DNA from: Paracoccaceae bacterium
GTDB lineage: Bacteria > Pseudomonadota > Alphaproteobacteria > Rhodobacterales > Rhodobacteraceae
Assembly: GCA_041546005.1 (NCBI GenBank)
Contig: JBFEXG010000001.1
Location: forward strand, 1 to 33,309
DNA: 33,309 bases
Reading direction: 5' to 3'
Positions 26,107-33,309 of the stretch are shown one piece after another (the first letter of the stretch is position 1; each line of letters begins with the position of its first letter). A program made the translations under genes and the position numbers. The notes under the pieces are model-generated. The model saw only the letters and a list, made by a program, of their open reading frames with translations, was not told where the DNA came from and did no database searches.

Positions 26107-27977
26107 ACAAACCCTCCGACAACCCGGCTGATCCGTTTAAGAAGGCGCTCGCCGAGGCCACCAAGGTCATGGCGGACGATCCTGATCTGACGGTCAGCTA
26201 TTCGGTTGATCCGCCGGGGATGACCGCCGATACCGTGCGCCTGCCGCAGGTCTCGCGCCGGATGACCCGCGAAGAGGTCTTGCTGGCGCGTGGCACGGCG
26301 GATGCCTTTGCGCTGCGCCGCAAGTTCCACGACGATGCAGTCGCCGCCCGCTATGCCCCGCAAGGCCAGATGGCCCGCGACCTCTTCGACGCGATGGAAA
26401 ACGCCCGCGTCGAGGCCGTGGGCGCGCGTTATATGCCCGGCACCGCCGGCAACATTGACGCCAAGATCGCCAACGAGGCCCGCCGCAAGGGCTATGACCA
26501 GATCACCCAAGCCTCGGACGCGCCTTTGGCGACCGCCGCAGGCTATCTGATCCGCCACCTTGCTACGGGGCGCCCCCTGCCCGCTGGCGCCGACAATGTG
26601 ATGGAGCTCTGGCGCGGATTTATCGAGGATCAGGCGGGTGGCACGCTCGATGGCCTTGAAGATGCGCTGTCGAGCCAGAAAGATTTCGCCCGCTTTGCCC
26701 GCCAGATCATCTCTGATCTCGGCTATGGCGATCAGTTGGGCGACGATCCCGACCTGAACGACGATCAGGACGACGAGGCGCAGGACGAGGCCGCCGACGA
26801 GGATCAGCAGGACAATCAGGGCGAGGACGATAGCGACGGCGAAGAGGCCGAGGCCAACCCCGAACAATCACAGGAACAGACGCAGGACGAGAGCCAGGCG
26901 CAGGTGACGCTCGACGAGATGTCGGGCGACGAAGACACCGAAGAGACGGAAATGCCCGAGGGCGAAGCCCCGCTTGATCCGCCGCCGCCCGCGCCGCTTT
27001 CCGATGCTGACCCAAACTACAAAGCCTTTGTCACCGAGTTCGACGAGGAAATCGGGGCCGAAGAACTGGCCGAGGCGGCCGAGCTTGAACGCTTGCGGGC
27101 CTATCTCGACCAGCAGCTTGATCCGCTCAAGGGCGCGGTGAGCCGCCTTGCCAACAAGCTCCAGCGCCGCTTGCAGGCGCAGCAGAACCGAAGCTGGGAG
27201 TTTGACCGCGAGGAAGGCATCCTCGACGCCGGCCGCCTTGCCCGCGTGGTGGCGAACCCGACGACGCCGCTCTCGTTCAAGGTCGAGAAAGACACCGAGT
27301 TCCGCGACACAGTCGTTACACTCCTGATCGACAATTCCGGCTCCATGCGCGGCCGCCCGATTTCGATCGCGGCGATCTGTGCTGACGTTCTGGCCCGCAC
27401 GCTCGAACGCTGCGCCGTGAAGGTCGAGATCCTCGGCTTCACCACCCGCGCGTGGAAAGGCGGCCTCAGCCGCGAGAAATGGCTGGCCCAAGGGCGCGAG
27501 ATGCAGCCCGGCCGCCTCAATGACCTGCGCCACATCGTCTACAAGTCCGCCGACGCGCCATGGCGGCGCACACGCGAGAACCTTGGCCTGATGATGAAGG
27601 AAGGGCTCCTGAAGGAGAACATCGACGGCGAGGCGCTCGAATGGGCGCACCGGCGGCTCTTGGGGCGGCGCGAGCAGCGCAAGATCCTTATGGTGATCTC
27701 GGACGGGGCGCCGGTGGACGATTCAACTTTGTCCGTTAACCCCGCGAATTATCTGGAAAAACACCTGCGCGACGTGATCGCCATGGTGGAAAAGCGCAAG
27801 GCGGTCGAGCTTCTCGCCATTGGCATCGGCCATGATGTGACCCGCTATTACCAGCGGGCCGTGACCATCACCGACGTCGAACAACTCGCCGGCGCGATGA
27901 CCGAACAACTCGCCGGCCTGTTCGACAGCGACCCGCGCAAACGCGCGCGTGTTCTGGGGATGAAGAAGGTCGGCTAA
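26103..27977 (+). CDS. cobT: CobT-type protein (aerobic cobaltochelatase subunit T homologue) with an acidic linker and C-terminal vWA domain
   Basis: 624 aa. N-terminal CobT region, a D/E/Q-rich stretch (about 26740-26960), and a vWA MIDAS-like LLIDNSGSM. Confidence 0.9.
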   Translation: MNKPSDNPADPFKKALAEATKVMADDPDLTVSYSVDPPGMTADTVRLPQVSRRMTREEVLLARGTADAFALRRKFHDDAVAARYAPQGQMARDLFDAMENARVEAVGARYMPGTAGNIDAKIANEARRKGYDQITQASDAPLATAAGYLIRHLATGRPLPAGADNVMELWRGFIEDQAGGTLDGLEDALSSQKDFARFARQIISDLGYGDQLGDDPDLNDDQDDEAQDEAADEDQQDNQGEDDSDGEEAEANPEQSQEQTQDESQAQVTLDEMSGDEDTEETEMPEGEAPLDPPPPAPLSDADPNYKAFVTEFDEEIGAEELAEAAELERLRAYLDQQLDPLKGAVSRLANKLQRRLQAQQNRSWEFDREEGILDAGRLARVVANPTTPLSFKVEKDTEFRDTVVTLLIDNSGSMRGRPISIAAICADVLARTLERCAVKVEILGFTTRAWKGGLSREKWLAQGREMQPGRLNDLRHIVYKSADAPWRRTRENLGLMMKEGLLKENIDGEALEWAHRRLLGRREQRKILMVISDGAPVDDSTLSVNPANYLEKHLRDVIAMVEKRKAVELLAIGIGHDVTRYYQRAVTITDVEQLAGAMTEQLAGLFDSDPRKRARVLGMKKVG

Positions 27978-28780
27978 GCCTTTGTTGCGGTGACGATTCC
28001 TGCCGGAATGGGTATGTGCCACGGCGGGCCGGCGGGGCAGTTCTCCTCGACCCATTCCACGACCGCGGCACGGATTGCTTTGGCGTGATCCGGCCCCTGT
28101 CGCCGCAAAAGGAAGCCGCCCCGAGCCGTTCCATTCAGGAAGTAGTCATAGGGGGCGACCGGATCGTCGGTGATCCATTTGCTGGGAACGGTGTCGTATG
28201 AGACATCTGCAAATCCCGCCGCCGCGAGCGCCGGCCCCCCAATTTCCGGCTGGATATAGTCCGAGGCACCGGGGCCCGGCGGCAGCTTTACCAAAGGGTC
28301 GCCGTGCTTGGCGATCGCCTGAAAAACCCCGACCATCGCTGTCTTGGCCTCTGCCCCTCGCCACGCCGAATAGACGAGCCGCCCTCTTGGCCGCAGAACC
28401 CGCCAGCACTCGCGCAAAACCTGCGGCGGATCAGGGACATGAGGCATACCGAACCCAATGGTGATCGCATCAAAAGTTTCATCGTCGAAAGGCAGCGCCA
28501 TTGCGTCCGCCTCAACGATCCTCGCCTCGGGCACTCTGGCCGCCGCCAATTCGAGCATGGCGGGTGAGAAATCTGCCGCCGTCGTCTTCATACCGGCATC
28601 GACCAGCGCCCGTGCGATGATGCCGTGGCCACAGCACAGATCGAGCACCTCGATCGCGCCACCGCATCGGTCAACAAAAGCCGGCACACACATCTCGGCC
28701 GCCTGCGCAAACCCTTCGGCGTAGCTCGTTGCCACGGCGCTGTCGGTCCACTCGTTCCGTTCGACGCTCGCAAAATCCAT
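27974..28780 (-). CDS. Class I SAM-dependent methyltransferase
   Basis: VLDLCCGHG (motif I), [20 protein letters not shown]. Its stop overlaps the cobT stop (CTAA). ATG 28780 preferred. Confidence 0.8.
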   Translation of the reverse strand: MDFASVERNEWTDSAVATSYAEGFAQAAEMCVPAFVDRCGGAIEVLDLCCGHGIIARALVDAGMKTTAADFSPAMLELAAARVPEARIVEADAMALPFDDETFDAITIGFGMPHVPDPPQVLRECWRVLRPRGRLVYSAWRGAEAKTAMVGVFQAIAKHGDPLVKLPPGPGASDYIQPEIGGPALAAAGFADVSYDTVPSKWITDDPVAPYDYFLNGTARGGFLLRRQGPDHAKAIRAAVVEWVEENCPAGPPWHIPIPAGIVTATKA

Positions 28781-28884
28781 GAGCAAGCCTACCACGGCTC
28801 AACCGTCTGACGAACCTCAAACTCGACGCTGGCGTTTCGAGGGCAAGACGGGCAAAACCGTGGAAAGAACTTCAAGGGGTCGTC

Positions 28885-30690
28885 ATGTTCCAATCTTTCG
28901 AATCCACCTCTTCGCCCGAGCAGGGTCCGGCCCGTCTTGCCGCGCTTCGCGCCGAGATCGCCTCTGAAGGGCTGGTTGGCTTCATTGTGCCCCGCGCCGA
29001 CGCGCACCAGGGCGAGTATGTCGCTCCCTGTGACGCGCGGCTGGCCTGGCTTTCGGGGTTTACCGGCTCGGCGGGCTTTTGTGCCGTCCTGCCAGAGATC
29101 GCGGGCGTTTTCGTCGATGGCCGCTACCGGTTGCAGGTCCGCTCTCAAGTGGCGCTCGAGGCGTTCACGCCGGTCGATTGGCCCGAGGTGGGCCTTGCCG
29201 ATTGGCTGATCGAACATCTGCCCAAGGGCGGCGAGGTCGGCTTTGATCCGTGGCTCCATAGCGTCGACGAGATCACCAAGCTCCGCGCCAAGCTGACCCC
29301 CAAGCGCATCACCCTGACCCCGATCGCCAACCTCGTGGACCGCATCTGGGACGACCGCCCCGCCCCGCCGAGCGCGCCCTTCGAGGCCTATCCGCTGGAT
29401 CATGCCGGCGAAGCCCACGAGGCCAAGCTCGCCCGTCTGGGCAAGGCTCTGACCGATGGCGGCTATGCGGCGGCGGCGATCACGCTGACCGACAGCGTGG
29501 CGTGGCTTCTCAACATTCGCGGCCATGACATCCAGTGCAACCCCGTCCCCCATGCCTTCGCGATCCTGAATGCCGATGGCACCTGCGATCTCTTCTGCCG
29601 CACGGGCAAGGCTGACGCGGTGATCGCGCATCTGGGCGGCCAGGTCCGCCTTCAGGACGAAGAGGATTTCGCCACGGCCCTCGCTTCGGGCGAAGGCAAG
29701 GTGCTCCTCGATGCTCGTTCCGGCCCGCAGGCGCTGGCCGATGCGATGGACGCGGCCGACCGGCTTTGGGAGGCGGGTGCTGATCCTTGCGTCCTGCCCA
29801 AGGCCTGCAAGAACGAGACCGAAATCGCCGGAATGCGCGAGGCGCATCTGCGCGATGGCGCGGCAGTGAGCCGTTTCCTTGCGTGGATGGCCACCGAGGC
29901 CCCCAAGGGCGGCCTGACCGAGATCGACGTGGCGACCGCCCTCGAAGGCTTCCGCCGCGATACCAATGCGCTTCTCGATATCAGTTTCGACTCCATCGTC
30001 GGCGCAGGCCCCAATGGCGCGATCATGCACTACCGCGTGACCCATGAGACCAACCGGCCCGTGAACGCGGGCGAGTTGGTGGTGGTCGATTCCGGCGGCC
30101 AGTATCTCGACGGCACCACCGACATCACCCGCACAGTGGGCGTGGGCCCCGTGGGCGAGGACGAAAAGCGCTGCTATACCCGCGTTCTGCAAGGGATGAT
30201 TGCCATCAGCCGCGCGCGCTTTCCCAAAGGTGTGGCCGGCGCCCATCTCGACGCGCTCGCCCGCTATCCGCTTTGGGCCGAGGGCAAGGATTTCGACCAT
30301 GGCACCGGCCACGGCGTCGGCGCCTATCTCTGTGTCCATGAAGGGCCGCAGCGGATCAGTCGCGTGTCGGACATTCCGCTCGAGCCGGGCATGATCCTGT
30401 CGAACGAACCGGGCTATTACCGTAACGGCGCTTTCGGCATCCGCATCGAGAACCTGATCGTCGTGAAGGCGGGCGAGGCCATCGAAGGCGGCGATCCGCA
30501 GCGCAAGCTCCTGTCGTTCGAGACCATCACCTTCGCCCCCCTCGACCGCGCCCTGATCGTCACGAGCCTTTTGTCGCAGGACGAACGCGCCTGGATCGAC
30601 GATTATCACGCACAAACACTGGCCAAGATCGGCCCCCGCCTTGACGGTGCGGCGCTCGACTGGCTCAAAGGTGCCTGCGCTCCGCTCTAG
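28885..30690 (+). CDS. M24-family Xaa-Pro aminopeptidase (aminopeptidase P)
   Basis: 601 aa. Creatinase-like N-terminal domains, VVVDSGGQYLDGTTDITRT, HGTGHGVG, SNEPGYY, IRIENL metal-ligand motifs. Confidence 0.9.
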   Translation: MFQSFESTSSPEQGPARLAALRAEIASEGLVGFIVPRADAHQGEYVAPCDARLAWLSGFTGSAGFCAVLPEIAGVFVDGRYRLQVRSQVALEAFTPVDWPEVGLADWLIEHLPKGGEVGFDPWLHSVDEITKLRAKLTPKRITLTPIANLVDRIWDDRPAPPSAPFEAYPLDHAGEAHEAKLARLGKALTDGGYAAAAITLTDSVAWLLNIRGHDIQCNPVPHAFAILNADGTCDLFCRTGKADAVIAHLGGQVRLQDEEDFATALASGEGKVLLDARSGPQALADAMDAADRLWEAGADPCVLPKACKNETEIAGMREAHLRDGAAVSRFLAWMATEAPKGGLTEIDVATALEGFRRDTNALLDISFDSIVGAGPNGAIMHYRVTHETNRPVNAGELVVVDSGGQYLDGTTDITRTVGVGPVGEDEKRCYTRVLQGMIAISRARFPKGVAGAHLDALARYPLWAEGKDFDHGTGHGVGAYLCVHEGPQRISRVSDIPLEPGMILSNEPGYYRNGAFGIRIENLIVVKAGEAIEGGDPQRKLLSFETITFAPLDRALIVTSLLSQDERAWIDDYHAQTLAKIGPRLDGAALDWLKGACAPL

Positions 30691-30713
30691 GGGCCAATTC
30701 TGGGGAGGGGCAG

Positions 30714-31055
30714 ATGCCCGACCGTTTCAAAATCCGGCCCCTCGAGGGCACATGGGTGGTGCGTGCTGGCGGTGCGATCCTTGCCGAGACAGACCATGCG
30801 CTCGAGCTGAACGAAGGCGATCTGCCGCCGGTGATCTATTTCCCGCGTTCCGATATCGCCATGGCCTTTCTCGAGGCGACCGACACCCGCGCGACCTGTA
30901 TTCACAAGGGCGAGGCCCATTACTACACGATCGTCGCCAAAAGTGGCCCGATCAAGGACGCGGCCTGGACCTATGCCGAGCCTAAGAAACCGGTGGGCGA
31001 GATCGCCTGCTATATCGCCTTTGATACCGAGCGGGTCGCGGTCGAAGAACTCTAG
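30714..31055 (+). CDS. DUF427-domain protein
   Basis: 113 aa. ...LPPVIYFPRSDI...TCIHKGEAHYYTI...AAWTYAEP...IACYIAFD is the characteristic DUF427 pattern. 23 nt after the aminopeptidase gene. Confidence 0.8.
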   Translation: MPDRFKIRPLEGTWVVRAGGAILAETDHALELNEGDLPPVIYFPRSDIAMAFLEATDTRATCIHKGEAHYYTIVAKSGPIKDAAWTYAEPKKPVGEIACYIAFDTERVAVEEL

Positions 31056-31061
31056 ACCAGG

Positions 31062-32750
31062 CTAGTTGTGTTCTTCGCGGGCTTTCTCGGCCAGAGCGCT
31101 ATTATAGGCGCGGAGCGCATCGACATGGAAAAGCGCCCCCAAGAGGTCGGGCGTCTTGTCTTCTCCGCGAATGCGCACCACGGGCAGGAAATCGAGGCCC
31201 GTCTCTTCGAAATCGGGAAGCGCTTGGCGAAGGGTATCGGAGGCGTCGATATAGCGGCCCTCGCGGATCATTTCCCAACAAACCTCTTCGCTCGGCGCCC
31301 GCAGAGTGCCAAGCGCCCGCATCACGCTGGTGACGCGCACCTTGCCCAAGAGATAGGTCTGCGGCCCCGCCGCTAGGTGAATGCCGCGACGTTCGAGTTG
31401 GGTGAGGAAGAAGGAGCGGTCCACGAGGCGCGAGGCGAGCGCGGTCGAGAGCGAAACGGCGACCATCACCGCAAGGCCGGTTTGCCAGTCCCCCGTCAGT
31501 TCGAAAATGATCAGAGTCGTCGAGATCGGCGCGCCAAGCACGGCGGCCGCCACAGCGCCCATGCCGGCAAGTGCGTAGAGCGTCGCGGGGCTCGAACCTT
31601 CTGGAAAGAGGCCGGTTGCCACATGCCCGAAAGCCAGTCCAGCCAGCGCGCCGACCATCAGCGAGGGGCTGAAGACCCCGCCACCCATGCGTCCGCCCAT
31701 CGTCACCGCAACGGCGATGATCTTCACCACGACGAATGCCACCGCCTGCCAAAAGAGAATGCGTCCGGTGATCGCTTCCGAGGTCACCCCCCATCCGACA
31801 CCGATGATATGCGGCCACCAGATCGCGATACCGCCGAGGATGGCTCCGGCCAGAACCGGCCGGAGGATACGATGGAAACCCAGCCGCTCCTGAAGCACAT
31901 CGCCGAGCCCTTCCGCCCAGAAGATCGAGCGCATCAGAACCGCGGCAACAAGGCCGGAGAAGAGGCCCAAAACAACAAAGGCCGGAAGTTCGAAATAGAA
32001 ACCAAGCTCGGTATTAGGCGAGAGGAAAAACTCGGTCACATCGCCCATGACAAGGCGGCTCACCACAGTCCCTGCCACCGCCGCGATGGCGATTGGCGCA
32101 AAGGCGGTGACCGCATAGTGCCGCAACACCACTTCGAGGGCGAACAGCCCGCCTGCAATCGGTGCGTTAAAGCTCGCTGACACGGCCCCGGCGACTGCGC
32201 ATCCCATGAGCGTCCGCCCGTGGACACCATCGGCGTGAATCCACCGGCTGACATAGGTGGCCATGACCGCCGCAAGATGCACGACAGGCCCTTCGCGGCC
32301 GCTTGAACCTCCGGTCGAGAGGGTCAGAAAACTCGCCAAGGCCGAGGCAAGACCCGCGCGGCGTGCCACGCGCCCTTCGCGCAGCGCCGCCCCTTCGATG
32401 ACATCGGCCACAGCCCGCACTCGGCCATCGCCTGTGAAGATGTGCAGCAAGGTTCCAACCGCAAGCCCCCCGACCATCGGGATCGCCAAAAGCCAGTACC
32501 AAGGAATCTGCGCAGCTTCCTGATGGATATGCGCGACATTGTCGGTACCGTAGAGAAGCGATTGAAGCTCGGAAACGCCGATCCGAAAAAGAAGCGCCGC
32601 AAAGGCTGCTGCCACACCGATAACAAGGGCGATGAACCAGAATTGGACCTCGCTCGGCCCCTTGCGACGCATGACGCGCAGCCCATCCGCAAGCCCGCGC
32701 CGCAGGCCGCCGAATGTCTCGCGAAAGTAGCCGCCCAGCTGCTCTGCCAT
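31062..32750 (-). CDS. ClC-family voltage-gated chloride channel/transporter with a C-terminal CBS region
   Basis: 562 aa. GSSGREGP selectivity motif, GGLFALE, GGVFSPSL, polytopic, cytoplasmic C-terminal domain. Confidence 0.9.
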   Translation of the reverse strand: MAEQLGGYFRETFGGLRRGLADGLRVMRRKGPSEVQFWFIALVIGVAAAFAALLFRIGVSELQSLLYGTDNVAHIHQEAAQIPWYWLLAIPMVGGLAVGTLLHIFTGDGRVRAVADVIEGAALREGRVARRAGLASALASFLTLSTGGSSGREGPVVHLAAVMATYVSRWIHADGVHGRTLMGCAVAGAVSASFNAPIAGGLFALEVVLRHYAVTAFAPIAIAAVAGTVVSRLVMGDVTEFFLSPNTELGFYFELPAFVVLGLFSGLVAAVLMRSIFWAEGLGDVLQERLGFHRILRPVLAGAILGGIAIWWPHIIGVGWGVTSEAITGRILFWQAVAFVVVKIIAVAVTMGGRMGGGVFSPSLMVGALAGLAFGHVATGLFPEGSSPATLYALAGMGAVAAAVLGAPISTTLIIFELTGDWQTGLAVMVAVSLSTALASRLVDRSFFLTQLERRGIHLAAGPQTYLLGKVRVTSVMRALGTLRAPSEEVCWEMIREGRYIDASDTLRQALPDFEETGLDFLPVVRIRGEDKTPDLLGALFHVDALRAYNSALAEKAREEHN

Positions 32751-32817
32751 GCCTCTCGCCGCTTTCCCTTGCGGGCAGCCTCAACTAACCTGCCCCGGAC
32801 ACTAGAGATGAGCCCCC

Positions 32818-33309
32818 ATGTCGATCGACACCGCCATTGACGCCCTTCAATCCCTTCTAGGGGATCGGATCACGCGGTCCAAGTCTGATCGCGATCTGCA
32901 TGGGCAATCGGAAAGCCATTTCCCCCTGACCCCGCCCGATGCGGTCGCCTATCCGGACACGACCGAAGAGGTGTCGGCCTTGGTGAGGATCTGCGCCGCG
33001 CATGGCTGCCCGGTGATCGGCTGGGGCGCTGGCACCTCGCTTGAGGGGCATGGCCTCGCCATTCGCGGCGGGATCTCGGTCGATTTCTCGCGGATGAACG
33101 CGGTCTTGGAGGTTAACCCCGAGGATATGGACGCGCGGGTGCAGCCCGGCGTCACCCGCGAAGCGCTGAACGCTGAGTTGCGGGCGACCGGCCTTTTCTT
33201 CCCTGTCGATCCCGGCGCGAATGCGAGCATCGGCGGCATGGCGGCCACGCGGGCGAGCGGCACGACTGCGGTGCGCTATGGCACGATGCGCGACAATGTG
33301 CTGGGGCTC
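32818..33309 (+). CDS. FAD-linked oxidase (GlcD/D-lactate dehydrogenase-like), N-terminal part, runs off the right edge
   Basis: Not in the track (no stop in the window). My translation from ATG 32818: MSIDTAIDALQSLLGDRITRSKSDRDLHGQSESHFPLTPPDAVAYPDTTEEVSALVRICAAHGCPVIGWGAGTSLEGH...FFPVDPGANASIGGMAATRASGTTAVRYGTMRDNVLGL. FAD_binding_4 (PCMH-type) motifs. Confidence 0.85.
   Translation, partial: MSIDTAIDALQSLLGDRITRSKSDRDLHGQSESHFPLTPPDAVAYPDTTEEVSALVRICAAHGCPVIGWGAGTSLEGHGLAIRGGISVDFSRMNAVLEVNPEDMDARVQPGVTREALNAELRATGLFFPVDPGANASIGGMAATRASGTTAVRYGTMRDNVLGL

Noticed and set aside
24762-27977. CobS/CobT as a MoxR-vWA conflict/defence-type module
   Set aside because: Both proteins carry the specific CobS and CobT N-terminal regions and the typical acidic linker of the housekeeping cobaltochelatase homologues. 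No associated effector, protease or beta-propeller genes are present.
28789-30615. 608-aa ORF antisense to aminopeptidase P
   Set aside because: Antisense shadow ORF. The + strand encodes a complete M24 peptidase with all metal ligands.
1-33309. Scan for tRNA, rRNA, CRISPR arrays, IS elements and prophage genes
   Set aside because: All non-coding gaps are about 305 nt or shorter. None shows tRNA-like T-arm/acceptor features, spaced direct repeats or terminal inverted repeats, and no ORF resembles a transposase, integrase or phage structural protein.

Overview
High-GC, alphaproteobacterial (Rhodobacteraceae-like) chromosomal segment. It is densely packed with about 35 protein genes on both strands. 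I found no rRNA, tRNA, CRISPR array, transposase, integrase or phage gene. Most of the content is ordinary core metabolism. Left to right: DUF3422 protein (partial), ornithine/lysine-type PLP decarboxylase, RluE-like pseudouridine synthase, periplasmic thioredoxin-fold protein, pntAB transhydrogenase, ICMT-like methyltransferase. Next comes a split kynurenine locus (kynU-GNAT, convergent CPBP protease, kynA) followed directly by an IorAB-like 2Fe-2S/molybdopterin dehydrogenase. After that: an orphan Hint-domain gene, a membrane monoheme cytochrome c, a PuuD-like hydrolase, glcB-glcG, gatB, a GFA-family protein, trpA, idi, a cytochrome c2-like protein and DUF4177. A bolA / J-domain / membrane protein / cobS / small secreted protein / cobT neighbourhood follows. 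The window ends with a SAM methyltransferase, aminopeptidase P, DUF427, a ClC channel and the start of a FAD-linked oxidase. I do not see a clear multi-gene novel system such as a defence island. The most unusual items are: (i) the single-gene Hint/bacterial-intein-like locus in an AT-shifted islet; (ii) the kynurenine locus, with a translationally coupled GNAT, an IorAB-like hydroxylase behind an SD-sequestering stem, and a perfect 11-bp-arm palindrome in its divergent promoter; (iii) a signal-peptide protein embedded in and translationally coupled to cobS/cobT. Several smaller candidate cis-elements are listed with modest scores. All family assignments come from reading the translated ORFs, since no searches could be run.
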